64,000 bases of DNA from Podarcis erhardii (GCA_964252035.1 OZ176207.1), one strand, 5' to 3'; counted from the stretch's first letter, positions 34,014-47,215 are shown. Made by a program: numbers and translations. Notes: generated by a model from the sequence alone, not told the origin.

Positions 34014-34721
34014 CCCACCACGATTGGATCAAACTGCACATTAATTCACTGAGATGTCACTGGGAGAGGGAAACAAACATAAGGTTCAAAGAAAATGTAG
34101 ACAAGTGACCTCTGGGATCCATCACAGAATAGAACAACAGTTGACATAGATAACAAAACTTGGCTGGCAATAAAGGGGACTGAACCTCAATATTCAGGTA
34201 ATAAGCCTCCTTGCACCTAGGAAGTTGTTATTTCATCCATGCCCAATTCATAGTACCTGAACATGGAGTACAATCAACATTTGCATACAAACATCAAGAA
34301 ACAGCTTACCAGGTGAGGCAAAGCTGCTATGCTGGATTTCTGGCCAAGTGGGTTGCTGTTGCTTATTCGGATGGAGAGTGGTGAGTGGGAGGGAGGTTGG
34401 CACAGGGCAAACACTCAGGCAGAGCCAATCCAGTGCTCCTGCCAGTGCATTGGGCCAACCTCCCTGTCACTGTTCCTTTTCCGGGAAGCAATAGTGGCCA
34501 ACCTACTGGGAAGCTAGCATAGAGGCTCAATCCTGCCCAGCAAGCCATTTCAGCAAACATCTTGGAATCTTCCTTTACTTAAATACACAAAGGATGGCAA
34601 ACATATTGCCCTGCTATCAGGGAGGCAAGCCAGGTGGATCATATTAGGTAGGCAGCACTGGATTTAGGGTAGTGCAAGTGCTTCGCCCACACAGGGCACT
34701 GAGCTGAGGGGGCACAAAATA

Positions 34722-34749
34722 AATAATAATAATAATAATAATAATAATA
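34722..34749. repeat. (AAT)n microsatellite inside a degraded MITE-like sequence (~34655-34875)
   Basis: About 9 AAT units. Confidence 0.9.
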
Positions 34750-35659
34750 CCACCGTATCGATCCATTAAAAAGCAACTGTGCCAAAATGAATTATTGTGA
34801 AAATAAGACATATTTGGGGGATGTGCCCAATTTTGTACATGCCGAGGGCATTATATTATCAAAGTCTGCCCCTGGGGTGGGGCAGAGCAATGCTCTGTAA
34901 GACATGGAGACATCTAACCTGCAGCTTAATAAATGCAGAATGGATACAGCAGGAGCAGAAGGTCTGAAGGAGGGAAAGTGAGGAGAGATGGTCAGAGAAA
35001 TTGAGACACAGCCAGAAAGGAGTATAAGTGAAGCAGTGCAGAGAAAGAAAAAAACACTGGTTAGGGGGAAAGAGGGGGAGGCTAGAGGCAAAGAAGTGGA
35101 TGCAATTAAAGGCCGTAGGAGGATAGTAAGCGATTGAAAAGTTAGAATAGAGTCTGAGAAAAGAAGCAAGAGCAGCAAGGAGGGAGCAAACTGTGAAAAA
35201 GACAGTGAAGTGGAAGGGACTGAGCAAGCCCTGCTCCAAAAGAGCAAATGACAGGTTAGAGGGGCAATAAAAGTAATTGTGACGGGTGACTTAAACCATC
35301 TCAGTGGCAAGCTATCAAGAAACACAAAATAAGTGGGTGTTTGCCAGGATTCAGCTTACATAGAATCCTTAAATCATTGTGTGTTTTTTCATATCAGAAC
35401 AACTTGGCAGCAGGTCCTCATCTGTTCCTTGGTATTTATGTGCCTACAGTCTGCTTCTAAGGATACTTTCAGATGTATCTTGTGGAAGCTTCAACCATCT
35501 GGATTAAACTGATTATGGATTGCATCCCAACCCGTTCCATACTGTGGCCATGCTTCTCAAACCAGTCCTACTGCTAATCTCTATGGTCACAGTTGACTTG
35601 GATTGATTAGAGATGAACGGATCATTCTCTCTCTGGTCCATGTAATTTTTGCATGGGTT

Positions 35660-35775
35660 CACCTGTAGATGGACCAGCTGCACCCTGTATGGACCAGCTG
35701 CATATTCCTGCATTGCAGGGGGTTGGACTAGATGATCCTCAGGGTCCCTTCCAACTCTACAGTGCTATGCTATGC
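35660..35775 (+). mobile_element. SINE 3' half with CR1-type tail
   Basis: gctgcatattcctgcattgcagggggttggactagatgatcctcagggtcccttccaactctac; same family as 3062-3208. Confidence 0.8.
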
Positions 35776-36762
35776 ATTGCAGCCCATTTCCACATTAATC
35801 TGTGATTTTTTAAAAATAAAAGAAATCTGCATGCACGCACACAAAAATCACATTTAAATATGTATTTTAAAATGTATTTCCTCTTAAAACATGCATTTTA
35901 AAACATATACAATCGTTTGTTTGTCAAGACCTGCTAAATGCAATGGGTAGCTATATTTTCATCTGCACATTAGTCCAGGAAGTGTGGATCAGGTCAGTTC
36001 ATATCTGAATTTGCAAAGACTGAGTTCCCCAAACATCCCTAATTCTGCGTCACTAGAACAAAAAAATAAAAAAGGAAAAAAGCACCTAAACGAGCAACTC
36101 TATGGATCAAACTCAATGCTTCAATTTCAACAAACAATGCTATGTTGGAGAATGAATAGCAAGCTCAATGACTCATCTTTCCTCATCTTGTATACTCATC
36201 TTCAGAGGTAACTTCTTGGTTTGTTATATCACAGTTTCCCTGTGATTTCCAAGCCAGGAGACTGATTTAAGTGTTCCCTACAAACCAGGATTGCAACCTA
36301 GGATCCAACTATGGTTTACAATCCTGGTTTGTATAGAATACTTAAATTGCTGTTTCTTAGTTTGTTAGTCACAGAAAACTGGCTTAATAACCAAGGGAGG
36401 ATTGTGAGAGGAGGAGGAAGGAGAAAAAAAGGAGTTATTGAGGTTGTTGCTCATTCTGCCTCCAACAAATCAGTGATTTGGAGTGGAGATGTTATGTCCC
36501 TGTATTCACGTGCATCTCTGAACCCAGGGCATGGTTTGAAAGCATAGGATGTAGCGAACCTGATGAAACAAAGCAGAGTTGGAAGAAAAGTGGAGATTTT
36601 AATGTAACAAATAAGTTTAGTTTCTCAGTTTAAAACAATGAAGATATTGAGCATTCTATGCCTGTTTTCCATTACTGCTTTCATGAAGTTTGAGAAGAAG
36701 TTATACAATAAAACAGGTATTTGAGAACTCTTATTTGAAAACATATCAGGAAGAGGACTCAC

Positions 36763-36843
36763 CTTCTGTTTGTGAAAGGGCTTCCTGAGGGAACAGAGTG
36801 GGAGAACAATGTGTCATTCATGCTGGTGACTGGTCTGGGAGGC
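36763..36843 (-). CDS. DTNA: DTNA coding exon (~exon 11); 81 nt, phase 2 to 2
   Basis: PPRPVTSMNDTLFSHSVPSGSPFTNR; acceptor tttttgtcaag|G, donor AG|gtgagt. Confidence 0.96.
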
Positions 36844-38766
36844 CTTGACAAAAAAACAAACAAACAGTTAAGAAGTATATTGTTTATCATGTGCATCAAA
36901 TACAAAAGCTCAACACCCACAAATACATTTAGTCAATAAGAAGCTAGAATATTCTATTTTTGTACTCTAAATCTATATTTTAAAAAATAAAGGCTACAAC
37001 CCTGAACACACTGGGAGTGATCCCCATTGAACTGGGACTTACTCTTGAGTAAACATTTGCACTTAACTTTTACATGAAGTAACAGATCTGAGTGTTAGAA
37101 AAACATTTTTTTTTAGATTCTTAAGTATTCTGTGTGCAATTTGCTTGCTCTATCCTGCTTCAGTAAAATCATTGACTGTGTTGTATTTTTACAAAGCTAA
37201 TGGAAGCAGTTCATAAAGGAGAATTGATGTAGAATTGTTTCAACAGCCTTCAAACTGTACTGTTTGACTTCTTGTTGGTTTAATATTCTAAGATTTTTTC
37301 CCCCAAAGAAGCACACAGTCCCTTTTTTGAGAGCCCTCTCTGACTCAAATGTCTCAATTTCCATTTCTAACAACAAAAAATCTCAATTTAGATGGCCACA
37401 TAGTGGCTGCTTTAAACCTAAATTGTGTGGAAGCTTCTGTGTAGGGAGTCCTTCATATGTAACAGCTGTATGAACTTACATTTTCACAATGCCACAACAA
37501 ACAGTTCCTTTACTATGTTTGCCATGGTGAAAACCAGGGGATCCACTTGGTGCAGAATTCACACAACAACTCCAGATTCAGAGTGTAGACATTATTTGAA
37601 TTTTTAAAGTCATCACATGTTAACATGGAACATCAGCCCACTAGAGATTACAAATGGAAAGAACCAAACAGAATCCACTTATTCAATAACACATTTATGA
37701 TGATGAGGAGTCAGTTTTTCCTTAAGCCTGAAGGTGTTATGTTCAAGTAGCAATGAAGGGGAATTTGAAATATACAAGTATCACGCGGAGTTGACTAAGA
37801 CACATACAACAGGAGTTTTGTAAAAGACTTATCCTTCATTTGCTGTTTAGAAGGTTCAGATAGGAATTGTACTATGATTCTTACGATGATGAGGAACTTT
37901 AGGTTATTTCATGGTATAAATGTACACAGTGACTGCAACACAGGTTGGGCCCTCTGACAGAGGACATCTCAACCCCAAATATTTGCATTTCAGCAATGTA
38001 ATATCAAATGCCCTGTTGCAGAGAATGCAACCTGCATGCAGAAACAGGTCCTGTATGCGGTGCATATGTGCCAAATATGCAAAAGCCAGCTGTGTGAGGA
38101 AAGCAGTAAGCTGTCACTGTTGGCTCCTCCTGCCTGTGAATAGCAAATCCCAGCAGGAACTAAGGAATTCTTGTAATTCTAGAGAGAAATCAACACTTTG
38201 TTGGTTGGGGTTGATGGGAGTTGGGGGTGTAGCAACATTTAGAGGGCACCAGGTCAGGGAAGGCTGTCAAAGTGTTTCCCATATAAATTCTTTCTCTTTC
38301 ACTATTCCAGAGAAGGTGCTAAGCCTGCAGCTCACTGCTCAGAGTGATGTTGATTCTGTTTTAATAGTGCTTCTGATTGGCTCCAGCAAATCTCACGTGA
38401 TCTGTTCTTCACCACCTAGAATACATAGGTACAAGCTTGCAAAAAAATCTTCAGTGATGTCCTACAATTTATCATCAACTGTTTCCTCATGGTAATGGGC
38501 TTGCAGTCCCCAGGTACTTATTCCTCCACCCATACTTGGGTCTTGTATTCTCACAGTAGTAATAAGCAGGCATGGAAAGAAGGATGCCCAGTCAAAATCT
38601 GGATCCCTTTCTCCCTTTTCTCTAGTCATGGGATCTCCTAGAGACTTCAGGAAAAAGGTTGATGGTAGAAAAAGAACCCCCCCGAGAAATAAAATTGCAT
38701 ACTCAATAATTCGTATGAGAATTCCAACCATATCAAAAATGTACTAAGGGGTGATGCTTTACTTAC

Positions 38767-38775
38767 CAGGTATCT
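38767..38775 (-). CDS. DTNA: DTNA 9-nt microexon (DTW, variable region 1); phase 2 to 2
   Basis: ttttttgctgcaaaag|AGATACCTG|gtaagt; joined to its neighbours it gives GT|A GAT ACC TG|G = V-D-T-W, the known alternatively spliced tripeptide. Confidence 0.93.
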
Positions 38776-39060
38776 CTTTTGCAGCAAAAAATGAAATAAA
38801 AAGAAGCTATTAATTAAGTTGAAAGATTTAATTTTTAGAAAGTGTCAAAGTTAGGGAAATTCTATCTATGCCATAGTTAATACTCATCTTACAGGCTCAG
38901 CCCCTCTCTCCTGACAAGTTGCCCCATGATGGGGTAACCGAATGGGTCATGCATGTAGGGCTACTGAAGTTTATCTCCATAAGATAGTTATTTATTTTGT
39001 CAGAATTTCTAGCAAATTCCTATGTCCAGAACACTGAAACTATTTAGAGGCTATATATAT

Positions 39061-39310
39061 TGAAATGAAATTGAAATACTTTATTGTCACTTGTACAACT
39101 TGTATACAGTGAGATTACACGAGCACCCCCACTAAGCTCTCTAGTCTTAATTCCCCTTGTTTACTGACGCACACCCACCAAACCTGAAAGTCAGTTGCCC
39201 TGTTATCTTTTCATTCAGCACCCTAACAGCCCACGGATAGAAGCTGTTCTTTAGTTCTTTACCCTGTTGGTGTGACTAATCATGCTTCTATATCTTCTGC
39301 CTGAGGTAAA
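39061..39310 (-). mobile_element. 5'-truncated Rex1/Babar-clade LINE with target-site duplication
   Basis: Reverse strand reads SGRRYRSMISHTNRVKN..SFYPWAVRVLN (Rex-Babar C-terminal SGRRYRS...NSF.P.A.R.LN), then AATAAA and an (ATTTC)n-like tail; flanked by tatatatat (39052-39060, 39311-39319). Confidence 0.8.
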
Positions 39311-42300
39311 TATATATATGGCTACCAGTCGTAATATCAACTTTTCTCAAATTCAGCTGGTACAGATTAGAATTTGAAAAATGTGTACGCTCTCTGTTAA
39401 CTGGGTTGAAATAGCTGATTATATCTGTTCCTGCTCTTCCCCCATGTTATATGGCAAGCAGCCTTTAATGCTCAGGGAAGTGAACTGCATTTGAAACTCA
39501 GGTGAGTTTCCCATATTCAACTGTGTATCAAAATCAGTTTGTGACATGGCACACAAGTCTGTTGAAAGAAAAGGAAAGACTCCAGCTCAGTGTTCGCAAG
39601 TGCTTGTCTGTGCTTGATCTTGAATCCCAGCTATAGGATATGATGCAGTAAATATGAAAATCAATCTGTTGACATTTAAGATGTTTCTGATGGCTGTCAA
39701 GTAAAATATATGTTAAATACTGAACTTACTCCAATAGCTAATAAGTAATTAACAAAACCTGAGGAACACTTTGTAGAGACTCTGACAGTTGTAGTCAGCC
39801 AGTGGTTGCATTTGCTTGTTTGTAGGCAATGACCATTACGACAGACAGGTACAGTGTTTAAATCCCATATGGGCAACCCATGGCCCACAGGTGGATCTCA
39901 GACAACTTCTGTGCAGCCCACACATCCCATTTTCACTATAGGTTGCGGGTAAAGCACTTGGATGGGAGTGCTCCTCACATATTCCCAGCACCAATCAGCA
40001 GGAGAAGATTTGGGATAGGATTGCTGAGATCTCATTGTGTGCCTCTGACCTTCACGACTCTCCAGCTGCTTAGTGAAGAGAACTTAGTGAGGAGGACAAG
40101 GAATTATGTGCTGGGATGTTCTCATCCCTGCATGGAGAGACAGGGGGGAAATGTGTTTGTATGTGGGGAGCTTTTATATTTCTCTGTGTTTTGGAGTGGG
40201 GGGAGGGGAGGCTAGGCTCTACCCAGGTCGTTCACTAGCCCTGTCCAAGTCCTTTATGGGACCATTATTGAACACCCGCCATTGCACGAAACCCTTGGGG
40301 CAGAATCTAGTCTCAATGGAAAAAAGTGAGCAGCTGCAGTATCTCGGTGAACATATCAATATCATCATGCAAAATGTTAAATTCAAGATTGCAGTTTACC
40401 AAGGGATTTCTTTTTTCAGATAGAAAGGTCATTCTTCTCTCAGGTCATGCCACGAGTGCATTTCACTGATGCTAAATAGGGAGTTAAAACTACTTGGTTG
40501 CTTACAGCATTTACTCAATGGAATTTAACAATGTTTGAACCAAGTGTTTACTGCTGTGCCCCCACTTACACTGGTAGAGTCACTCATGGTAGTAAATACA
40601 ATGTTAAAACCAGCGTATAATGAAAGTGCAAATGCAAGCGTAGCTCTACAAAAGATTTCTGTCCTTACTGTAAGTGGCTGCTGCAGGGGGAAGGAAGACT
40701 TTGCTTACATGAAGCCTACCATTAAAAGTGGCTGTAAATACCCCTTTTGCTGGGATGCTTGCCTAGAGCTTTTCCTCATGATACGGTTTATCTTCCATTA
40801 CATTTAAGAATAAAAATCAGTCGAGTAAGAATATATTCCCAAGGAATCCATGCAGCATATCTTTCCCCCTGTGCTAATTTATATCAGCTGTATTGCATAC
40901 GATGCTCGCTCCACAACTGGTTTATTTTAATTTCTGTATTATTGTATTCAACGTTGCTTTCAATCCCCCCCACCAGAAAAAGTGAAAATAAAATAACAAA
41001 CATTCTCACTGTCAGGAACAGATATTTTCTCTTAGGAAGGAGGTAATGTCCTAGGGCAGGTGTGGGGAAACATTGGCCCTCCAGATATTGCTGAACCACA
41101 ACTCCCATCAGCCTCAGCAAGCATGGTCAATAGCCAGAAATGATGGGAGTTGTAGTTCAGCAACATCTGGGCTCCCTACACTTGTCCTAGGATCAGAAGA
41201 GACCAGATTGCTGGTTGTTTTTGAAATCCTTATAAGAACAGTGCTCAATTCCCTTTCGAATCCTGGTATATTTTCTTGTACGTGAATAGATTGACTCCAG
41301 TCCAGCTGAAGCTAATTGTGACAAAAGTTGAATCCTCTGCACACTTCCAATAAGTGAACAATTCCCACAAAAAAATGATGGAAAAAATACTTTCTTGCAT
41401 TGATCTTATTGCAATATGATCTCAACAAACTTTAGTGAACTGCAGCCATTGCCTTCTGTATAAAAATACAGGTAGAAAAGATGTACACAGAAGTCCTTTT
41501 CTATAGAGTAGCTGATCCTGGATAATGCAAAGAAGAGGATCATGTTTTGCTTCAATTTCACATTTCTCTCTCTCCTCCTCAGATTTTTGCAAGTGGAGAT
41601 ATAGTATAATAAGAGTAGTTGTTCAGGGCCTTGCCAAGTAGGAGAGTTAGGTGGCCTTCTTCAGGAGGCACTGAGAGAGGTAGGGGGTAGAGGAAGAAAT
41701 AGCTTGGTATCTGAATGCTGCAGGAAGGCATTTTGGTGTTGGCCCCAGCTGGAGATGTGGGGGTGTGGGGAGGAATGAAGGCTCTGCTTCAAACAGAAAG
41801 ATCTTTCAAGCGGAAAAATACACATATTTGCAGCATATTTATTTGAAGTCCCCATACAGTTATTCTTTTCTTCTTAAACCATGAAGGTACTGGCTAATTT
41901 GCGATTTTCATTTAAGGCTATAAGGGCAAGTCTGAAGACCTAACTATACTAACCTGAACTAAATAGCAAAACTCTCATCAATATGTTATGGCTCTCAGCT
42001 ATAAACCATAGAATTACATCAACTATTCACAAAAATGTTTCCTTTTGAGCATAACTGCTTGATTCATTTGGCTTTCATCAATTTTTCAGTAGCTTGCTTC
42101 CATTTAACCTGGGTGGGGGAACCTGTGGTCCTCCAAACACTGTGGTCTCACATCACTTCTGATCTTTGGCTATGGTTGCTGTGGCTGATGGGAAATAGAC
42201 TCCATAAACATCTTGAGGGCCACAGGTTCTCCATCCCTGGCTTAAGTAGTCAACCTTTTATTTTTGACATCTAAGGAATGGAATAAGTAGAGGGTCTAGC

Positions 42301-43868
42301 ATTTCAAACTAATATTCTTAGCAGGTGTAAATTTAATTTAAAAGGAATTATCAAGTAAGATGCTGTTTTGAAAAGCACTATCAATGATTCTATGATTTGG
42401 GAAGGTTAAACAAATAGGGTGCTTCCATTACAGCTTCATCATAATGAGAACAATACACTGTTCAGTCTTCCAATGACAGCTCAATGCTTTAGACTGATCT
42501 TAGTTAATAATCATAGCCCAGTATTTAATATCTGCGTGAGAGTCTTCATGTCAAAGCAGGCTAAGTGACTTCCAACAGTGCTGCCAACCACAGACAGTCA
42601 TTATGTAATATAATGTTCCTTGTATTTTCTACAAAACACATGCAACAGTGAATACAGAATGAACAGCCACATGAAGGAAGTTTTGACTTGAGGTAAATGG
42701 AACACAGAACATAAAAATAAATCTCTGTGATGGAGATCTGAACCACTTTAAGAACCACAGGAGTAGTAGTAGTTACCGTAAAAAAACCCAAACCCCATTA
42801 AGCAAATCACAATTATTATCTGAATATGCTGGGAATTATCCTTGTCAGAATGATTCTATCTAAACAGCTGACTATCTGTGCCCATTCAGCTATATGAATG
42901 TATAATTTAAAAGTGCTTGTGGGAACATAATTATCTACAAGTCACTCAGATGCTCTAGGGACTTAGAGAAGAAATCACTGGAATATCAGAAGCCTCCTTC
43001 TTATTGATCTGATTTTGAACTGAGCAGTAAAGGAAGTCCAGAGCTTACAATACATGCTGCTTCTTTTAAGCCAACTAAGCTTTTGAGCAGGCTTTTGAGG
43101 CTACAAAGTTATCCTCTCACAACTCTATAGTGGCAGAAGCTCCTCTGTGCATGCCTTAAGGCAGGAGTAGTCAATGTGGTTGTCCTTCAGAAGTTGTTGA
43201 ACTACAACTTCCATCAGCCCCAGCAAGTGTGACAAATGGTCAAGGATGCTGGAAGTTGTTGTTCAATAACATTTGGAGGGTACCACATTGGCTACCCCTG
43301 CTTTAAAGCCATTTCCAAACACCATTTTTTGTAAAGACTGTTTCCAAAGAAGGTGAAAAATACATATCATAGGAGTTTGGAGTAACCGGTGCTGGGAAAA
43401 TACACCAGTTGTTATGTACACAGAGATAGGAATGGAGATTCTGATTGACATCTGAAGCAGCAGTGATTAGAATGTATATGGCTGCTGTTGGATCTCTAGC
43501 TTGCCAGATTCTAACATGCTGAATTAGCATGCCAGTCACCTATCACAGAACCACAATCCCAGAAATCAGAACTCCTGTCCTGCATATGGAGTGCTTCATG
43601 TAAATACTTTTATCAAGGTTGTTTTCATTCTGCACTCCTGGATATCACCAGTATCTTCCTCAACTCCAGATACTTATTTCTCCCATCCCTGTGGGCCAAC
43701 TTTGACAGGTAGGCAGGACTGTCAAATCATCAGGTCTCCTAATGATAGCAGGTGACTGACACCTGTCCAAGTTCAGAGGAGGTTGCTAGAACTGCTGATC
43801 AACAGTTATAGGAAGGACCTTTGAAGTCTCTGAGAAAGCATTTTGAATTCAAAGCATTTCCTCTAGTG

Positions 43869-44006
43869 CAGTGGTTCTCAACCTGTGGGTCCCCAGATGC
43901 TGTTGGACTACAACTCCCATCATCCCTGAGCTCTGGCCTTGCTAGCTAGGGGTGATGGGAAATGTAGTTCAACAACATCTGGGGACCCACAGGTTGAGAA
44001 AGGCTG
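43869..44006. mobile_element. hAT-type palindromic MITE (138 bp) with perfect 8-bp TSD
   Basis: TSD ctctagtg on both sides; arms cagtggttctcaacctgtgggtccccagatg / catctggggacccacaggttgagaaaggctg; related older copies near 8130, 9385, 15063, 41055, 42110, 43160 and 51205. Confidence 0.9.
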
Positions 44007-45062
44007 CTCTAGTGCTTTACATCCCATGGGAAACTCCTTAGGACAGCCCCAACTATCAGCTGACTGTCAACAATGCAGGGCTCTCTTGAAGCAGTAACAA
44101 TCAGCGGATAGCCAGAGCTTCAAAGTGCCTTGCAAATGGTTTTGCAGACACTGATCAGCAGTGCCTGAAAACTTTTTTTTTTGGCCCAGCCACTCTGATG
44201 TCATATATGATGTCAGATGCAGGGCCAGTGGGCAGGGCTTAGCCAAAATGGCCTAGTGGGTCTCATTAGGCCTAAGGACTAGATATTTCTCACCCCTGAC
44301 TTACAGGGTCCCTGAAAAGACTGCTGAGAGATGAACTTCCTACTTCTTCAAATGGCAATTTCTTTAATTGTAGAAATGTAGCTTTCCTACATTTTTGACC
44401 GTGCTTCCCTACTTCTTAAAAGGAGCACATTGCAGCTGCCACATAATACATATCTAAGTTATGGAAAAATCAAGGCATGGCTATGTGAAACAGTTAAAGG
44501 AAACAATTCAAAGCACCTTTGTTCCACCTTGTCTCACACAGGCTATCAGATTTCATAATTCATAACTGTAATTCCTGCAGGAAAGCATTGCCTTCGTGTG
44601 AACTGAGGCATGTATTTTAGAAAATCTCAATTTTGAGAGAACTGGTAAGATAAATAATTTGAAATCTGCTTCCATATTGGAGCATGTCAATTTCTACTTT
44701 CCTTTCTTTACCTTTTAGATATTTAACTGTTTCACTGGTCAAAACAGAGCAGAATCATTCAGCTCTAGCCTCCTGGTATACTGAAGACTCACTAAACTGA
44801 AATTTTAAAAACCACACACCAATATTTCAGAATGCTATACTATGATGCTAAGCAAAAATGGAAAAAAGATCCGGTGTTTCCCATTACTTTTCAGTATCAT
44901 GAAGCTAAGTTATGCTTAAATCCATAATACAATTGGATAGTTTAATAAGCAGCATTTCTAAAGAACACATGAAGAGGCCTCCCTCCATTTGCCTTCAAAC
45001 CAGGATGAACAGTAGGTCACCTAGAACAAAGGATATTATCTACAGAGCACACAAATACTTAC

Positions 45063-45187
45063 ACAATATGAGCCAAGTTTAGAGGTTTTTCAGGCTGGTC
45101 AGGGAACATTGGGTGCAAAGGTTCACGGCTGGAAGCACAGCTTAAAGACTTGCTAAGTGCATTAGTTAGCTTCTTAGCAGGTGATTT
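45063..45187 (-). CDS. DTNA: DTNA coding exon (~exon 9); 125 nt, phase 0 to 2
   Basis: Not in ORF track; [41 protein letters not shown](V); acceptor cctcccag|AAA, donor GT|gtaagt. Confidence 0.97.
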
Positions 45188-46172
45188 CTGGGAGGAACAA
45201 GGAAGGTAAAGGTAATTTGGACAGGTAAGGTTTAAATTGTTTTTGCAACCACAGATCTATGGGGAAACAAAGCAATGCTCTACTAGTTAAAGGCATCCCC
45301 CCCCCCACCAAAGACCCACTTATTCAGTGGCTCTGTATTATGTCCTGAGTTGCATCCTCATGAGGCCGGAGGAACATCACCCGGCTATTGTTTTATTGAT
45401 TTAATATGCTGTAAACTGCTTTGAGATTTTTTATTAAAAATATAAGGAGGTATAGAAATAAAATAAATAAAATCCTTTAAAGAGAGAGAAGCTGCAGAAT
45501 CTCCCAGTTTATCTTTCTCCTATCTCCCACAGTGAGAGGAGTGGGAGAGAGGACCCAAGGCCTGCATCTGATCTCTCCACTGGCACAATCCCAGGTGAAA
45601 ACTACCTTTGAAAAGCTGCTGATGACATAATTAGAAGTGGAAGAGAGCAAACATTTCTATGACTGAAAAGACCATGTTTGCCCTAAAGAGATTAGGGACA
45701 ACAAACAGATATGTATAGAGTAGTACACTTCCTTTAGTAGCCTATCAAGGGTATAAATGAGTTTTTCCCCCCAGTAAAGGAACCAGGTATCTGAGTGTAT
45801 GATCCCCAGGCAGAATTTTCTACCCAGGAACAAAGGCAGAATCAGATACAGTTTGTTTTCTAATTGTGCAGACCTTTGCATAAACTGGGTTTCTAAGGTA
45901 AACATCATCAGTACAAAAAGCTGTGTGATAAACATCAGCACAACACTCAATCAAACCAGACTCTCACACACAAAAAATCTAGATTGAAAAATAAAATAAT
46001 TACAGTGAATCATACTTCATTCAGGCCCTCTTTACTCAGTCCTTAATAACTTAAACACTTAAAACATGGTGATCCATGCCAAAGAAGTGTGAGTTCAGAG
46101 GCCATTACTAGAATAATATTTTCCATATTCCTGATTCACTACCTAACTCTGCACTACCTATCTTCATTTATT

Positions 46173-46345
46173 TAGGGCTGCCATATGTCTGGATTTTACT
46201 GGATGTTACCAGGATTCCGAAGGTGGGATTGACGTCGGGGGGGGGGGGGGCAGGGATTTCCAAAAGGTGTCATTTTGTCCTAAAAAAAGCTCTCAACAAC
46301 TTTCGGGGTGTCCTGGTTTTTACTTTTTGAAATATGGCAACCCTA
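46173..46345. mobile_element. hAT-like MITE
   Basis: TIR tagggctgccata / tatggcaacccta; no clear TSD. Confidence 0.65.
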
Positions 46346-46879
46346 TTTTCTTAATCATTGCCAATTATTTATCATTCTAATTTCAGAAGCACCAGCTTTA
46401 ACATATAATGCTCTTTGTACTGCAATTGCTTAGTTTGCTTTCATTATCCTTATTGCACTTCCCTCCTTTCCAGCTTTTGCAGGTAAGATATTCTCTGTAT
46501 TCAGCACTTTTTTCTGGGGGGACGCAGGGGTACACATACCCCTAAACATTTTGTGAATCTAAAAGCATGTAACTTATTTTTTTATATATATAGAATCTGT
46601 TGCATAGACTATAATGTGCATAGACTCACATATGATATGAGCTTAAGTCCCAGAAATTTGTATTAACTGAGTTGTGGCTTAAGGGGGGCATACACTGGGA
46701 CTCTTATAGAAGTAAGCTTATTAAATATTATTAATAATAGAAGGCACATGCTACCTTTAATTTCAAAAAGAAGCTAAAATGTGGTTTACAAACAAAACAA
46801 AACACGCAAAATAAAAACAGTTCAATAAACAAAGTTAAAATATAAGTTGCAGTAACCACCAATACCTGGCACTGGTATC

Positions 46880-47215
46880 GTGAACTGCCTCGTGATCTTC
46901 AGATGAAGGGTGGTATAATTTTTTTAATAACAACAGCAACAAGTCAGGGAAATGCCCGGGTAAACAGGTATACTTCCAGTTGTTGACATAAACATTCCAT
47001 GGTTGCAGCCTGCCTGACCTTCAAGAGGAGATCATTTCACTGCTCAGGAGCCACCATGGAGAAAACCCTCCTCTGCCCCACGGTAAGATGTATACCTGTG
47101 GACCATGGCATGCTAACAGGGTAACCAGTGCAGATTATGGAGACCTGGATGGTCTACACAGAAGGAGGCATTGTTTTAGAGAACTGGTTCCAAGCTGTTC
47201 CAAGCTGCCTTGTAA
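46880..47215. mobile_element. L2 LINE fragments (a short + strand 3' tail followed by a - strand ORF2-end remnant)
   Basis: gaactgcctcgtgatcttcagatgaagggtggtata tail; reverse gccaccatggagaaaaccctc...tggacc blocks resemble other L2 ends in the window. Confidence 0.55.

Noticed and set aside
34097-34127. C TGT GAT GGA ... GTC TAC, faintly like the recalled alpha-DB3 exon (SDG...V*)
   Set aside because: No AG acceptor, no stop, and only about half the nucleotides match; indistinguishable from chance after a directed search
34792-35325. 177-aa and 126-aa minus-strand ORFs; the + strand frame contains KVIVTGDLN, an endonuclease-like motif
   Set aside because: A purine-rich + strand suppresses antisense stops; the products are low-complexity S/L/F; the + frame has several stops and no other endonuclease motifs
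37775-37783. TGATACTTG on the minus strand, matching my recollection of the human DTW microexon sequence
   Set aside because: Flanked by cg and ta rather than AG and GT; the properly bounded microexon is at 38767-38775
37920-38495. 191-aa + strand ORF
   Set aside because: Antisense intronic, no recognisable domain or splice structure; expected at this frequency in 64 kb
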